NCBI GenBank assembly: GCA_026390585.1
Contig: JAPLFP010000355.1
Location: 12,779-76,778, forward strand
DNA: 64,000 nt
Direction: 5' to 3'
Origin: Ignavibacteriales bacterium
GTDB lineage: Bacteria > Bacteroidota > Ignavibacteria > UBA10030
In this document: in pieces, positions 39,188 through 49,546 of the stretch
How positions within the stretch are numbered: position 1 is the first letter of the stretch
How the letters are laid out: each line of letters starts with the position of its first letter
The notes under the pieces: generated by a model
Told to the model about the DNA's origin: nothing
Databases searched by the model: none
The model's input: only the letters and a program-made list of their open reading frames with translations
Program-made: the position numbers and the translations under genes

Positions 39188-39474
39188 TCGACCACCAATC
39201 AAGAACAGTTTGTTTGGCCGATACTTCACTTTGGCGTCGCAGCGGGCGGCTTCAGGCTTGTCACTCTACTGTTGCTTGGGGCGTCCCGCTTGATTACTTC
39301 GTACAGCGAACCGTAGCTAGAGGCCCGGGTGAAAACCCTCTCAGGTGGTGTGAGGACTTTCGCTCCGACACGACTGCGCACTTTTTTGCTGTCTGGAGGA
39401 AACTCTCCGAAGGAGCCCTTCGGGCCTGACAGCAAACACGTGGTTTTCTTCCGAGCTTCCAAGGAAGGGGAACT

Positions 39475-40257
39475 CTACGTCTGTTCTCTTTTCGTGAAGA
39501 GCAACGCCGACCACGTATCGTCAATCGAGCAGATCTTGTAGTCCACCAATCCTTCGGAGAGACCTGCTGCCCGTACGATGGGCTGTGTCAAATCCGTCGA
39601 TTGCGGACCGCCCTTCTTCGGCCACGCGATCCACAGCTTCCCTTCTCCGATCATCGCGATCATCGGGCGTAGCATTCGGTTGAATTCCCTATGGGAGCGA
39701 TTGAACCAAATAGTCAGATCGCGGGCCTTCGAGGGACGGTTCGTCAGCCGCACGTGTTCAGGCAGTGGGTCGAGTTTTGTTTTGAAACCACGCGGTGCAC
39801 AGGCGAGCACAACGATCGTCCCCGGTTTGATCCCGAGTTTCTTTGGAAGCGACGCCCCCGCATATCCATCGAAGACAGACTTCGGCTTCAACGGTTGTGT
39901 CGGCGGGTGATCGATGGCCTTTCTGAGCGATGAGAGAATATTCGTCCATCGGGCGAAAACGGCGTCCGGCAAAAGCTCTTTGATACGCTCAACTTTGATT
40001 GGGTCGCCATCCACAAACACCAGCGGGGTGCTTCGCGTCCGTTTGTATTGGCGCATCAACAATGCGATGTCACGCCCTTGAGACGGAAGCCGTGAGAGAT
40101 CAACAACGACAGCGTCCGGTGGATTCTCGCCGAGAAGCCGTATGGACTTCAAACCTGCGGGAATTGTTGCGTCAATCCGATAGCCGGCTGCTGTCAGCAT
40201 CAACGCGCGCGCTTGCGCCTCTTCTGAGTTCCAGAGTATCAACTTGACATTTCTCAT
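39475..40257 (-). CDS. Receiver-like domain fused to a DUF3052-like domain
   Basis: N-terminal PDAVVVDL..P...PLVFV; C-terminal KKLGIKPG, WIAWPKK, GLVDYKICSIDDTWSAL. Confidence 0.7.
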   Translation of the reverse strand: MRNVKLILWNSEEAQARALMLTAAGYRIDATIPAGLKSIRLLGENPPDAVVVDLSRLPSQGRDIALLMRQYKRTRSTPLVFVDGDPIKVERIKELLPDAVFARWTNILSSLRKAIDHPPTQPLKPKSVFDGYAGASLPKKLGIKPGTIVVLACAPRGFKTKLDPLPEHVRLTNRPSKARDLTIWFNRSHREFNRMLRPMIAMIGEGKLWIAWPKKGGPQSTDLTQPIVRAAGLSEGLVDYKICSIDDTWSALLFTKREQT

Positions 40258-40700
40258 AGTCATAACCTGATGATCGATCAAGGATATGCGAAGACATTGA
40301 CGGCCAATCCGCCCTCGTTGCGTCCGTTCTTCTCAACGGTGGGACCGGAAGCCCCATAGATAAGCGATGTGTACGTCGCGGACCGTTCGGCGATACAATA
40401 CATGATCAGCCGCCAAAGAACAGTCAAAAACTGACGAGCTACGCGTTTCCAGTGCCGAGGGTGCAGAAGCAGTCAGACATCCGTATTTTCCATTGTTGCG
40501 CCTGCATCGGGCCACATTCATGAGGAAGACACTGTTGAGGCGGAGCCCCAAACCCCGCAAACCCCCGCCAATCATGAAGTGTTGTACGTGTGACGGCAGG
40601 CACGGTGAGCCCAGTCGGCAGTGCTTATCGTATCAAAAGGTACATCAATCTACGATCGAACGGAATCGGTCAACAGTGCACAGGTGTTTTTGGGAGTTCT

Positions 40701-41465
40701 ATGGATCAATCCGACGTTCTTCGTGTCCTTGTCGCTGAAGATGAGGAATCATTCTTAAGGGTTCTGACGACAGTTCTGGAATCAACGAAACGTTTCACCG
40801 TCTACCCCTTCGAAGAAGGCGAAGAGGTCGTTAAGGCACTGAAGACATCACATTTTGACATCGTCATCCTGGACTACAAGATGCCAGGGATGTCCGGACT
40901 CAATGTGCTTCAGTGGATCCATGAGCAGAAGCTGGATATTCCAGTCATCATGCTCACTGGTGCCGGTTCGGAGAACATTGCTGTCGAGGCGATGAAGCTC
41001 GGCGCGTACGACTACATCCGGAAGGACTCCTTCGACAGGACGCATTTTCCCGTCATCGTGAATGGCGTGTATGAACGATACCTCTTCAAGAGGGACAAGG
41101 AGCAGCGCGAAGCCAGAGCACGAAAGTTGGAGAGGGACATTGTCGCATTCGAACTTCTGAGCACTTCCCTTTCTTCATTCGCTCAAGATGTGAGTGCGAC
41201 GCTATCGGCGGTGACGCAGTTGACGGATGAAAGTGAGCGAACCTTGCATCCACTCCTTCCCCCACATGGAAAAGAGTATCTCAATACCTACCTCAAGAAG
41301 ATCCGGGAAGAATACAGAACCCTCATTGCAATCGGCCGATCGATTGTCAGCCTTTCGAAGGTGGTCAACGAAAACTACCTCAAGATGCAGAGTATGCATA
41401 AGTCAGAAGTCGACCTGATCGCGAAGTTGAAAACGCCTTCTGAGAACACATCTCAAACCAATTGA
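40701..41465 (+). CDS. Response regulator receiver protein with helical C-terminus
   Basis: VAEDEE, ILDYKMPG, MLTG, GAYDYIRK. Confidence 0.88.
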   Translation: MDQSDVLRVLVAEDEESFLRVLTTVLESTKRFTVYPFEEGEEVVKALKTSHFDIVILDYKMPGMSGLNVLQWIHEQKLDIPVIMLTGAGSENIAVEAMKLGAYDYIRKDSFDRTHFPVIVNGVYERYLFKRDKEQREARARKLERDIVAFELLSTSLSSFAQDVSATLSAVTQLTDESERTLHPLLPPHGKEYLNTYLKKIREEYRTLIAIGRSIVSLSKVVNENYLKMQSMHKSEVDLIAKLKTPSENTSQTN

Positions 41466-41736
41466 TGTGAGGAGATCGAGAGGTATCCTCACGGACATCG
41501 GCCCGGAACCTGCCCAACGTTCACCGCACAGCCTTGCTGCATCCCACGGGAATGGAGCCGGCACATTTTGACGCCGGTGTCTGTCGCATTCTTGCCGACT
41601 ACTCTCTGAAGATCTGAATTCACTCCACGACCTACACAATCATCGGCACGAGTCCAAAGACTCACCTGGGCACGGACGACGCTTTGAATGCCTCCATGTC
41701 GTGCATCAACCTTCTGAAAATATCTAGTCGAGATGA

Positions 41737-41955
41737 CTATTTTTTTCGTTGCAGAGGGGAATCTGAAAGAATGGGAGAGCGTTTCGGAGCTTTTGGTGCG
41801 TTCTCTATCCTGATGACCTGCTCACATTCGCTGCAGACATACACAAGCTGAGTGTACTGAAATGAATGGTACTGAATCAGCCAGGCCCACTTGATCCGTT
41901 TGGAACAGTGCGAGCAGATGAGATCGAGCTTTGCTTTTTCGACGCGGGATTTCAT
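41737..41955 (-). CDS. Small zinc-ribbon protein
   Basis: CSHC...CSEC pairs in 72 aa. Confidence 0.55.
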   Translation of the reverse strand: MKSRVEKAKLDLICSHCSKRIKWAWLIQYHSFQYTQLVYVCSECEQVIRIENAPKAPKRSPILSDSPLQRKK

Positions 41956-42438
41956 TCTCGAAATGCCATTGAAGATTGGAAAACGGACAGCGAGACATCC
42001 GGAGGTGTACAAAGGTACTCTTTGCTGTCTCTTGCCAATAGCGGCCTTCCGCACCCTCGCTGGGAAGAACCAGGAGTTTTGGCCCATCGTCTCCCTAGGT
42101 TGCTCCTTAAGTTGCATAGTATAGAAGACAAAAGAAACTCCCATTGGGAATTCGTTACCCGTTTTGCGCAGGCTCCTGAAAACCCCTCATATATCCTCAG
42201 AAATGGGCAATTTCGTTGCTGTGGCTTTGGTAGCAACACTACTAAGTAGACGCCTGCACCGCTCTTCAAGTTCCTCCCCTGGCGTCCACCTCGTCACCGC
42301 TTTCGTCGCGTTCACGTCTCTTTTCGTCCCCTTCAGCGAAAAACCAAATCCTCTCGACCACCCTAGCGTAATGCCAAGTGAACCTAGAACACAGACCTTC
42401 ACTTAAACACAAACTACAAAATTGCGACGGAGGACGAC

Positions 42439-42897
42439 ATGAAGAAGAGAGGAACGATATTCGGAGTGATCGTTCTAGCGATCACCATGGCCCTGCCAGC
42501 GACGGCACATGAGATGCGAAAAGATGTTGGCGAAGCGAAGTACGATCAGGCGGTGAAGAATCTGCTGGTGGGAGTTAGCGACGAGATCAACAATACCGGC
42601 TTGCGCAGAAGTGCAATATACATGCTCGGACAGCTCGAAGCGAAGGAAGCTGTAATTCCTTTGATGAAGGTTTTGCATTCTTGCCCGGACGAGAGGTCCC
42701 GAATGGCCGCGGCCTGGGCGCTGTGCCAGATCGGCGATGGCCGGGGAGAGTATGCGGTGAAGCAAGCGGTACGGTTTGACGAGAATGCAAAGGTGAAGAT
42801 GCATTGCGCCTGGTACTATAATCTCTACGTAAACGACGGTACCTTCGCATTCTATCCTTCTGCAAACGCACCAACGCAGATTGCTGAGTTGCAATAG
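42439..42897 (+). CDS. Secreted HEAT-repeat protein
   Basis: GGAGG RBS, signal peptide, RRSAIYMLG / RMAAAWALCQIG repeats. Confidence 0.8.
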   Translation: MKKRGTIFGVIVLAITMALPATAHEMRKDVGEAKYDQAVKNLLVGVSDEINNTGLRRSAIYMLGQLEAKEAVIPLMKVLHSCPDERSRMAAAWALCQIGDGRGEYAVKQAVRFDENAKVKMHCAWYYNLYVNDGTFAFYPSANAPTQIAELQ

Positions 42898-43111
42898 ATT
42901 TCAGAAGATCATCAATACCAACTTCGTGTCCCAACGGGTGGCCCAACAGCCACCCGTTTGCGTTTGTTTGCCAGCCTCGTCCTACAGCTCCCCGGTTTCT
43001 TAAATCCTTCGAAACGGCGCTCTGTGGATTCAAATGGATTTTCCGTACAATGGCATGAATGTTTGAAGATGTGAATCCTGAATTCTCATCAGTTTTTCTG
43101 AGGGAATACCG

Positions 43112-43918
43112 ATGACGCGGATAATCGCGTTGCTACTCACCGCGACAACTCTTGCCTTCTGCCAGCAATCAACACCGTACCTTCAGCATCGCCGGGTTGA
43201 CCGTCCGCCCTACACTCCCCCTTCGCTTTTACTGAAGGAACCCCCGCCCCTTCATCCGGTTGATCCACTCGTTGTGCTTCACGGACAACGTGACAAGAAA
43301 GTCGTCGCTCTGACATTTGACGCTTGTTCAACGCGCAAACCGAGCCAGTACGACGAACGCATCACAAAGATCCTGGTCGAGACCAAGACCGCTGCGACGT
43401 TGTTTCTCGGGGGAAAATGGATGGAAGACGATACCGAGCAGACAAAATATCTTTCGAGTATCCCGTACTTCGAGCTGGGGAATCACACGTTTCTCCATCC
43501 GCACCTTCTCAAGATGTCGGATGACCGTATCCGGCAAGAACTAGCGTGGACGCAGCAACTCCTGTTTTCACTCACCGGCAAGCAGACAACGTTGTTTCGT
43601 CCGCCGTACGGTGAAGAGGACGGCCGTGTGGTCCGCATCGCAGCATCAATGGGGCTTACGACGATTCAATTCGATCTCGCCTCGGGAGACCCCGATTCCA
43701 GCATCTCAAAGGAGAGGCTGATCGAACATGTCTCTTCGATGGCGAAGAGCGGCTCGATCATCGTGATGCATATCAACCGTCGTGGATGGCACACTGCTGA
43801 GGCGCTCCCGGAGATCATTTCCCGACTACGAAAGCGAGGGTTCACGTTTGTGACCGTGGGAGAGCTGTTGTCAGGACTGAAGCCATCCAGGACCACAAAA
43901 CAGAAGGCCAGGGAATGA
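43112..43918 (+). CDS. Polysaccharide deacetylase (CE4/NodB)
   Basis: ALTFDA, GNHTFLHP, FRPPYG, IIVMH motifs; signal peptide. Confidence 0.9.
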   Translation: MTRIIALLLTATTLAFCQQSTPYLQHRRVDRPPYTPPSLLLKEPPPLHPVDPLVVLHGQRDKKVVALTFDACSTRKPSQYDERITKILVETKTAATLFLGGKWMEDDTEQTKYLSSIPYFELGNHTFLHPHLLKMSDDRIRQELAWTQQLLFSLTGKQTTLFRPPYGEEDGRVVRIAASMGLTTIQFDLASGDPDSSISKERLIEHVSSMAKSGSIIVMHINRRGWHTAEALPEIISRLRKRGFTFVTVGELLSGLKPSRTTKQKARE

Positions 43919-43956
43919 TCCCCGGCCTTGAGTGTACTCTCCGATTTTATTTCCGC

Positions 43957-44991
43957 CTAATCGTGAAGCGTCTTGACCTCCGACGAGATCTTGACCTTTC
44001 CCAGATGCGACACCTTGTTGCGTCCTGACCGCTGCGCATCGAATAGAGCCTCCTTCACCGACAACAGCAGGTTCTCCAGGTCCGACGCGTGTTGCGGATA
44101 GACCGTGACACCAACGCTGACAGTCGTGAGGATCCCGCGGTCTGTAAACGATGTCCGGCTGATTGCCTCCCGCACCTCATCTGCAAACATGACCCCATCG
44201 ACAAGCTCGGAGTTCGATCTCAAAACGATGAACTCGTCAAACCCATGCCTGCCGGGTACATCGACATCTCTCAACCGGCCTTTGATCAGATCAGCCATCT
44301 GCCGGAGCATTTCCCTCGAGGCATCATAACCGTACGTGTTGGTGACATGTTTGAAGTTGTCGACATCAAAAATCATGAGAGAGAAACTCTCGTGAAGCGC
44401 GTTGGAACGATCGATGGCGGAGCGAATCCTCTCGAGGAATGGAGCGTATTTTTCCAACTCAGTCTCGTGGTCGATCCGATCGAGTCGGAGGTTGTCTTCA
44501 AAGAGCTGCGCTTTGTGGAGTGCGACCGCTGCGAAGTCTGCAAAGCTCTGAAGAATGTGAACATCTTCCACTGTGAAGGCGTCCCTGTGAAGACTATCGA
44601 CGTACAGGTATCCCAGGCTGCGATGATTTGCGGAAATCTGAACGCACACCGCGGAGACGAACGGCTGTTCCAGTTTCACCTCTTCGGCTTGTTCGGGAAA
44701 GGTCGTGCTGTCACGAATCAGGATCGGAGAGCCCGTCCATAACAACCGGCCTATGGCACCCGTCGCGAGCTTTCGACGGAACGCTTTGGCAAACGTGTGC
44801 GAGATTCCGTGTCCAAGCGCAACGTTGAGGTACTCGGTAGCGGGATCGACCAGAACCACGGCGCACGTCTGACAATGGTACATCCGGACAATGCGGTCGA
44901 CAATGAGATGCAGGACTTTTTCGTGCTGGTGGGTTGATTTGAGAACGTTGAGAATCTCGGAGACAAACCCGAGACATTCTTCGTATTTCAT
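43957..44991 (-). CDS. GAF-GGDEF protein with degenerate active site
   Basis: GAF domain; DVDNFK, RDVD I-site, GFDEF in place of GG(D/E)EF. Confidence 0.88.
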   Translation of the reverse strand: MKYEECLGFVSEILNVLKSTHQHEKVLHLIVDRIVRMYHCQTCAVVLVDPATEYLNVALGHGISHTFAKAFRRKLATGAIGRLLWTGSPILIRDSTTFPEQAEEVKLEQPFVSAVCVQISANHRSLGYLYVDSLHRDAFTVEDVHILQSFADFAAVALHKAQLFEDNLRLDRIDHETELEKYAPFLERIRSAIDRSNALHESFSLMIFDVDNFKHVTNTYGYDASREMLRQMADLIKGRLRDVDVPGRHGFDEFIVLRSNSELVDGVMFADEVREAISRTSFTDRGILTTVSVGVTVYPQHASDLENLLLSVKEALFDAQRSGRNKVSHLGKVKISSEVKTLHD

Positions 44992-45252
44992 GGCAATCAC
45001 CTCCTTTTCTGGCATGTGCTGCAGAAAGAGCGATTGCTCTGGAACTAGGCATTCTCAGGTAGGCGTTCACTGCTGACACAACGGAAAGCTGCTTTGCCCA
45101 GCGCCAGGGTGTGATCTACTCTGACATTTCAAAACTCGCGCAAGCGAATCGCGGTCGCATTCTCTCACGCTTTCTCCGATTCCCAAGTTGTGTGCTGCTG
45201 GAAATGGAGGAACGATGTGCCTCCTTTCTCAGAAACTCGCCTGCGTTTCAAG

Positions 45253-47181
45253 CTACTTCCTTTCTTCGAAACGCTTGACAATGTTTTTGTTCTGGTGATT
45301 GCAGGCGTCTTTTCCTTCCGCCGTAAGCGTGTAGTCGATGCGGTTCTTGTAGAATTCCGCAATGCGTCCACGCACAATCTTCATTGTGCTGTTCATCAAA
45401 CGGTTTTGCTCGTTGAATCCTTCACCGAGCACAGCTATCGCTGCAGGCAACCAGCGCTCCGGGAACATACCCGCGCTCTTGTTCCCTTCACGATACCGAT
45501 CGATCTCTGATTGAAGAAGGCGCAACGCCGTCGTCTGTCCTTCGTCGGTATGACACGAGAGATGTTGATGCTTCAGGTACGCCAGGATTGCATCTTTGTT
45601 CGGTACAATGAGTCCGACAGTATAGGCTGAGTGATCGTTGTACAGCATCACCTGCTCGATGAAAGGAGAGTGAGCCACGATCGTCTCTTCGATCCCTTCC
45701 GGACTGTACTTCTCGCCGTCATGACTGATCAAAACGCTCTTTTCGCGCCCCAGGACAAACACAAACCCATCCACATCCAGGTAACCGATGTCACCCGTGT
45801 GCAACCATCCATCGCGGATCGTTTCGCTCGTTGCGCGCGGATTGTTCCAGTACCCCGCCATCACGTTTTCCCCTCGCAACACGATTTCACCCTTCTGTCC
45901 AACAGGCAGAGTGTTGCCCTGATCGTCGCACACCTTGATGTCTATGCCAGGCAGCACCGTGCCGGAGGACCCGAATTTGTGCTTTGTTGGAGTGTCACAC
46001 GAGACAACAGGCGAGGCTTCGCTGAGACCGTACCCTTGATACATGGGAACGCCGATGGCGTTGAAGAACCGCTGCAGCTCAATGTCGAGGTGTGCTGCAC
46101 CACCGACGAAGTAATCGAGCCGGCCCCCAAAGCTCGCGCGTATTTTTCTGAAAATGAGGGCATCGCAGAGGGTGTACACTGGATGTTTCGGTTTGCCGAC
46201 ATCCTTCCCACCATTGTAGCCATCACCATAATGCGCGTAGGCAATCTCCAATCCCTTCTGAAAGAGATTCCAGACCAACTTCCCTTTCTCGCTGATTCCT
46301 TTCTCAATGTTCTTTTTGAAGTTCTTTGCCAGTGCCGGCACACTCAGCAGAAATGTCGGCTTGATTTCCTTGATGTTGGTCGGGATGTTTCTGAGCGTCT
46401 CCAGCGCGGTCTTCCCCGTCTGTATGGAAGCCATACTTGCACCGATACTCGTGAGCAAATAAACACCCGCGGTATGTCCGAACGAGTGGTCCCATGGTAT
46501 GATAATCAGCGAACAGTACCAGTCAGGTTGCGGCAAGTGGGTCGAGCATTGCTTGACATTCGCCGTGTAGTTGCGATGGGTGAGTGTTACCCCCTTCGGG
46601 TCTGCTGTCGTGCCCGAGGTGTAACTGATCGTCGCCGCATCAGATTCCTGGATCGACTGCCACCGCTTCTCGAAATCGGAGCGATGACGCCTGAGATATT
46701 CCTTGCCCTGTTCGCGCAGTTCGGGTAATCCGATTTCGTCCTCAGCGAGTTTGCCTTGCGGGTCGAGAAGAATGATCTTTTCGAGGTCAGGAAGGTCAAC
46801 CCTCATTCGAGCGACCTTGTGCGCTTGCCCCCCGGAAACGACAACCATCCTGCACCCCGAATGAGCGAGGCGAAACTTCAGATCCGACCGCTCTTCGAGC
46901 TTCACGGAGAGAGGGACATTGATGGCACCGACAAAGAGTATCCCAAGCTCAGCGATGACCCAGTCATTACGCCCTTCAGAAATCAGTCCAATCCGGTCCC
47001 CCTTCTCAACACCCAGGCTTATGAGCCCTGCAGCACATTGATGCACGGACTCCTGGATTTCCCGATAGGTGGCGCCGTTGTATGCCGCCTCTTTCTTTTC
47101 CCACATCATCACTTTCTGTGAGAATTTCTGCACACTGTCTTCGAAAAGGCGCGGGATTGTACGCGGTTGTGAGGAGGTCAT
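45253..47181 (-). CDS. Long-chain fatty acid-CoA ligase (AMP-binding)
   Basis: YTSGTTADPKG, QGYGLSE, GWLHTGDIG. Confidence 0.92.
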   Translation of the reverse strand: MTSSQPRTIPRLFEDSVQKFSQKVMMWEKKEAAYNGATYREIQESVHQCAAGLISLGVEKGDRIGLISEGRNDWVIAELGILFVGAINVPLSVKLEERSDLKFRLAHSGCRMVVVSGGQAHKVARMRVDLPDLEKIILLDPQGKLAEDEIGLPELREQGKEYLRRHRSDFEKRWQSIQESDAATISYTSGTTADPKGVTLTHRNYTANVKQCSTHLPQPDWYCSLIIIPWDHSFGHTAGVYLLTSIGASMASIQTGKTALETLRNIPTNIKEIKPTFLLSVPALAKNFKKNIEKGISEKGKLVWNLFQKGLEIAYAHYGDGYNGGKDVGKPKHPVYTLCDALIFRKIRASFGGRLDYFVGGAAHLDIELQRFFNAIGVPMYQGYGLSEASPVVSCDTPTKHKFGSSGTVLPGIDIKVCDDQGNTLPVGQKGEIVLRGENVMAGYWNNPRATSETIRDGWLHTGDIGYLDVDGFVFVLGREKSVLISHDGEKYSPEGIEETIVAHSPFIEQVMLYNDHSAYTVGLIVPNKDAILAYLKHQHLSCHTDEGQTTALRLLQSEIDRYREGNKSAGMFPERWLPAAIAVLGEGFNEQNRLMNSTMKIVRGRIAEFYKNRIDYTLTAEGKDACNHQNKNIVKRFEERK

Positions 47182-47402
47182 CGTTCGAGACCTTTGATAA
47201 TTGTGAAGTGGGATCGTTCTGGTGCAACTCGGTGCGTGTTTTTCGAAATAGCCTCTGCTAACTCGCCTGCAATCTATAAAAGAAAATCAAGATCTGCACG
47301 GCAATTGACAGGAATACGGTCTGGGTGTCTCATTTGTGAGAATCTTCTGTTGGACGGAATGCCATTCCGTCCAACAAATCAGTGAAACGAACGGAAGCCG
47401 GT

Positions 47403-49355
47403 TCAGTGCTCGCTTCGGACTTTTTCTATCTCGCTCTGGATTGTGTCCCACTGATCGTATGCTCTCGCGAGAAGCTGCTCAAGTTCCTTTCGTTCCACGG
47501 AGATCTTCTTCGCTTCAGCACCGTTCTTGTAGAGCTCGGGGTCGAGCATCGCTGCTTCAATTTCCTTATGACGCGATTCGAGTTTCTCAATCTCGCGTTC
47601 CATTGTCTCGACTTTTAGTTTCAGCGGTCGCAGTTTGACGGAGAGTTGTTGACGGTGCTCGGCTTCGATGCGTTTCCGATCTTTGTCGCTCTTCTCGAAC
47701 GCTGAGGCCGCTTTCTTTTCTGCCGCCTCCGATTTCACAGAGGCTTCTCTTTCCTCCCGTTTTTTCGCGATGTAGTCTGAGATGTTGCCGATGAATGTCC
47801 TCACCGTTCCGCTCCCCACTTCCAACACTTTGTTGACAATCGGATCGAGAAAGTACCGGTCGTGCGAAACGATCAAGAATGTCCCATCATAATGAAGAAG
47901 GGCTTCCTGCAGGACTTTTTTCGATTTCATGTCCAGGTGATTCGTGGGCTCGTCGAGGACCAAAAAGTTTGCCGGTTTCAGTAGCATCTTTGCAAGGGCA
48001 ACCCGGCTTTTCTCGCCGCCGGAGAGAACAGAGACTTTCTTGAACACGTCGTCGTCATGAAAGAGAAATGCACCGAGCAACGAGCGCAGCCGCCTTCTGA
48101 TGTCCCCCTCGGCAATCTCATCAATGGTATCGAGCACTTCTTTGGATGGATCGAGCTCTTCCGCCTGATGTTGCGCGAAATAAGAGAGCGTCACGTTATG
48201 ACCGACGATGCGCTTTCCCGAGTTGAATGACTCGACGCCGGCAATGATCCTCGTCAGCGTGGACTTTCCCGCGCCGTTGAGTCCAACGATAGCAATTCTC
48301 TCACCTCGTTCGACCTTGAGATCGAGGCTCTCAAAGACCTCGATCGGCCCGTAGCTTTTCGCGAGGTCCTTCAGTTCCATCACGATGCGGCCACTGGGAG
48401 GGGGCTGCGGAAACTCGAAACGGATGCCGCTCTCCTCAGGCTCGACTTCAATGATTTCCACCTTCTCCAGTTGCTTGATGCGGCTCTGCACCTGGCGTGC
48501 CTTCGTCGCCTTGTATCGAAATCTCTCAATGAACTCCTGAGTTTCTTTCAGGCGCTGCTGTTGATTCTTCATCGCCTGGATCTGAAGCTCCCGGCGTTTT
48601 ACACTTTCGGTCTCAAAGAAGGAATAGTTGCCCGAATACTGCTCAAGCCTTGTCATCGTCAGCGCAAAAGTCCTCGAACAGAGATTGTCCAGAAATGTCC
48701 GATCGTGCGACACCAGGACGACAGCCCCATGATAGCTCCGCAGATACTCTTCCAGCCATTGCAGTGTTTCGAGATCGAGATGGTTGGTTGGCTCGTCCAG
48801 CAAAAGGACCGACGGTTCCCGTAGCAACAGCTTTGCCAGCTCTATTCGCATTTGCCATCCACCGCTGAACTCTTCCGTCATTCGGGTGAGATCCGATACA
48901 GAGAATCCGAGCCCCATGAGCACGCTCTCGACCTTCGACTTCATCCGGAAGGCGTCCAGGTCTTCGAGCTTGTGCTGAAGTTCACCATAGACTTCTATCG
49001 TTTCGGCGTATTCTTCGGACTGCGGATCGAGCCGTATCATGCTCCGGTGCGCCTCGTCGAGTTCCTGCTGGATCTCGAGAACATCCTCGAACGCAGACGC
49101 CGCCTCTTCATAGAGCGTCCTTCCGCAGACAGCAACACCTTCTTGTTGCAGGTATCCAACTGTGACGAATTTGGCCTTGCTGACGGTGCCGGAATCGGGC
49201 TGCACCAGTCCGGTGATGATCTTCAGGAGCGTCGTCTTGCCGGTACCGTTGGAACCCACCAATCCAATGCGATCATGCGGACTGATCATGCAGGAAAGGT
49301 CGTTGAACAGAACACGACCTCCAAATTGGAGCGCTATGTGTTCGAGGGAGAGCAA
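47403..49355 (-). CDS. ABC-F family ATPase
   Basis: Two ABC domains (GSNGTGKT/FSGGW; GLNGAGKS/LSGGE), linker, C-terminal coiled coil, no TM; probable TTG start at 49355. Confidence 0.92.
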   Translation of the reverse strand: MLSLEHIALQFGGRVLFNDLSCMISPHDRIGLVGSNGTGKTTLLKIITGLVQPDSGTVSKAKFVTVGYLQQEGVAVCGRTLYEEAASAFEDVLEIQQELDEAHRSMIRLDPQSEEYAETIEVYGELQHKLEDLDAFRMKSKVESVLMGLGFSVSDLTRMTEEFSGGWQMRIELAKLLLREPSVLLLDEPTNHLDLETLQWLEEYLRSYHGAVVLVSHDRTFLDNLCSRTFALTMTRLEQYSGNYSFFETESVKRRELQIQAMKNQQQRLKETQEFIERFRYKATKARQVQSRIKQLEKVEIIEVEPEESGIRFEFPQPPPSGRIVMELKDLAKSYGPIEVFESLDLKVERGERIAIVGLNGAGKSTLTRIIAGVESFNSGKRIVGHNVTLSYFAQHQAEELDPSKEVLDTIDEIAEGDIRRRLRSLLGAFLFHDDDVFKKVSVLSGGEKSRVALAKMLLKPANFLVLDEPTNHLDMKSKKVLQEALLHYDGTFLIVSHDRYFLDPIVNKVLEVGSGTVRTFIGNISDYIAKKREEREASVKSEAAEKKAASAFEKSDKDRKRIEAEHRQQLSVKLRPLKLKVETMEREIEKLESRHKEIEAAMLDPELYKNGAEAKKISVERKELEQLLARAYDQWDTIQSEIEKVRSEH

Positions 49356-49493
49356 GGAGTATGAAGTATGGAAGTAATAAGTAATAGAGTACGGATGCAG
49401 ACAGTATGCAGAGTTCAGCGGGCAGACTGTTTCCGGGTTCTCTTGTGATAGGAATATACGGAATTGGACGTGAAGATGAGAGCAGGGCGTGGC

Positions 49494-49530
49494 AAAAAAA
49501 GAGCCCCCTACGCGGGGGCTCTTCATTTTT
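49494..49530 (-). terminator. Rho-independent terminator
   Basis: gagccccc-tacgc-gggggctc with A7 on the plus strand (T7 tail on minus). Confidence 0.8.
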
Positions 49531-49546
49531 GGTTATTTCTCATTAG

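Noticed and set aside
39330..39435. Glycine riboswitch-like words (ctctcagg, tctggag, ccgaaggag)
   Set aside because: Elements are incomplete, out of order and on the strand opposite the flanking genes
49360..49410. Short agtat/agtaa repeats upstream of the ABC-F gene
   Set aside because: Too short and degenerate to interpret
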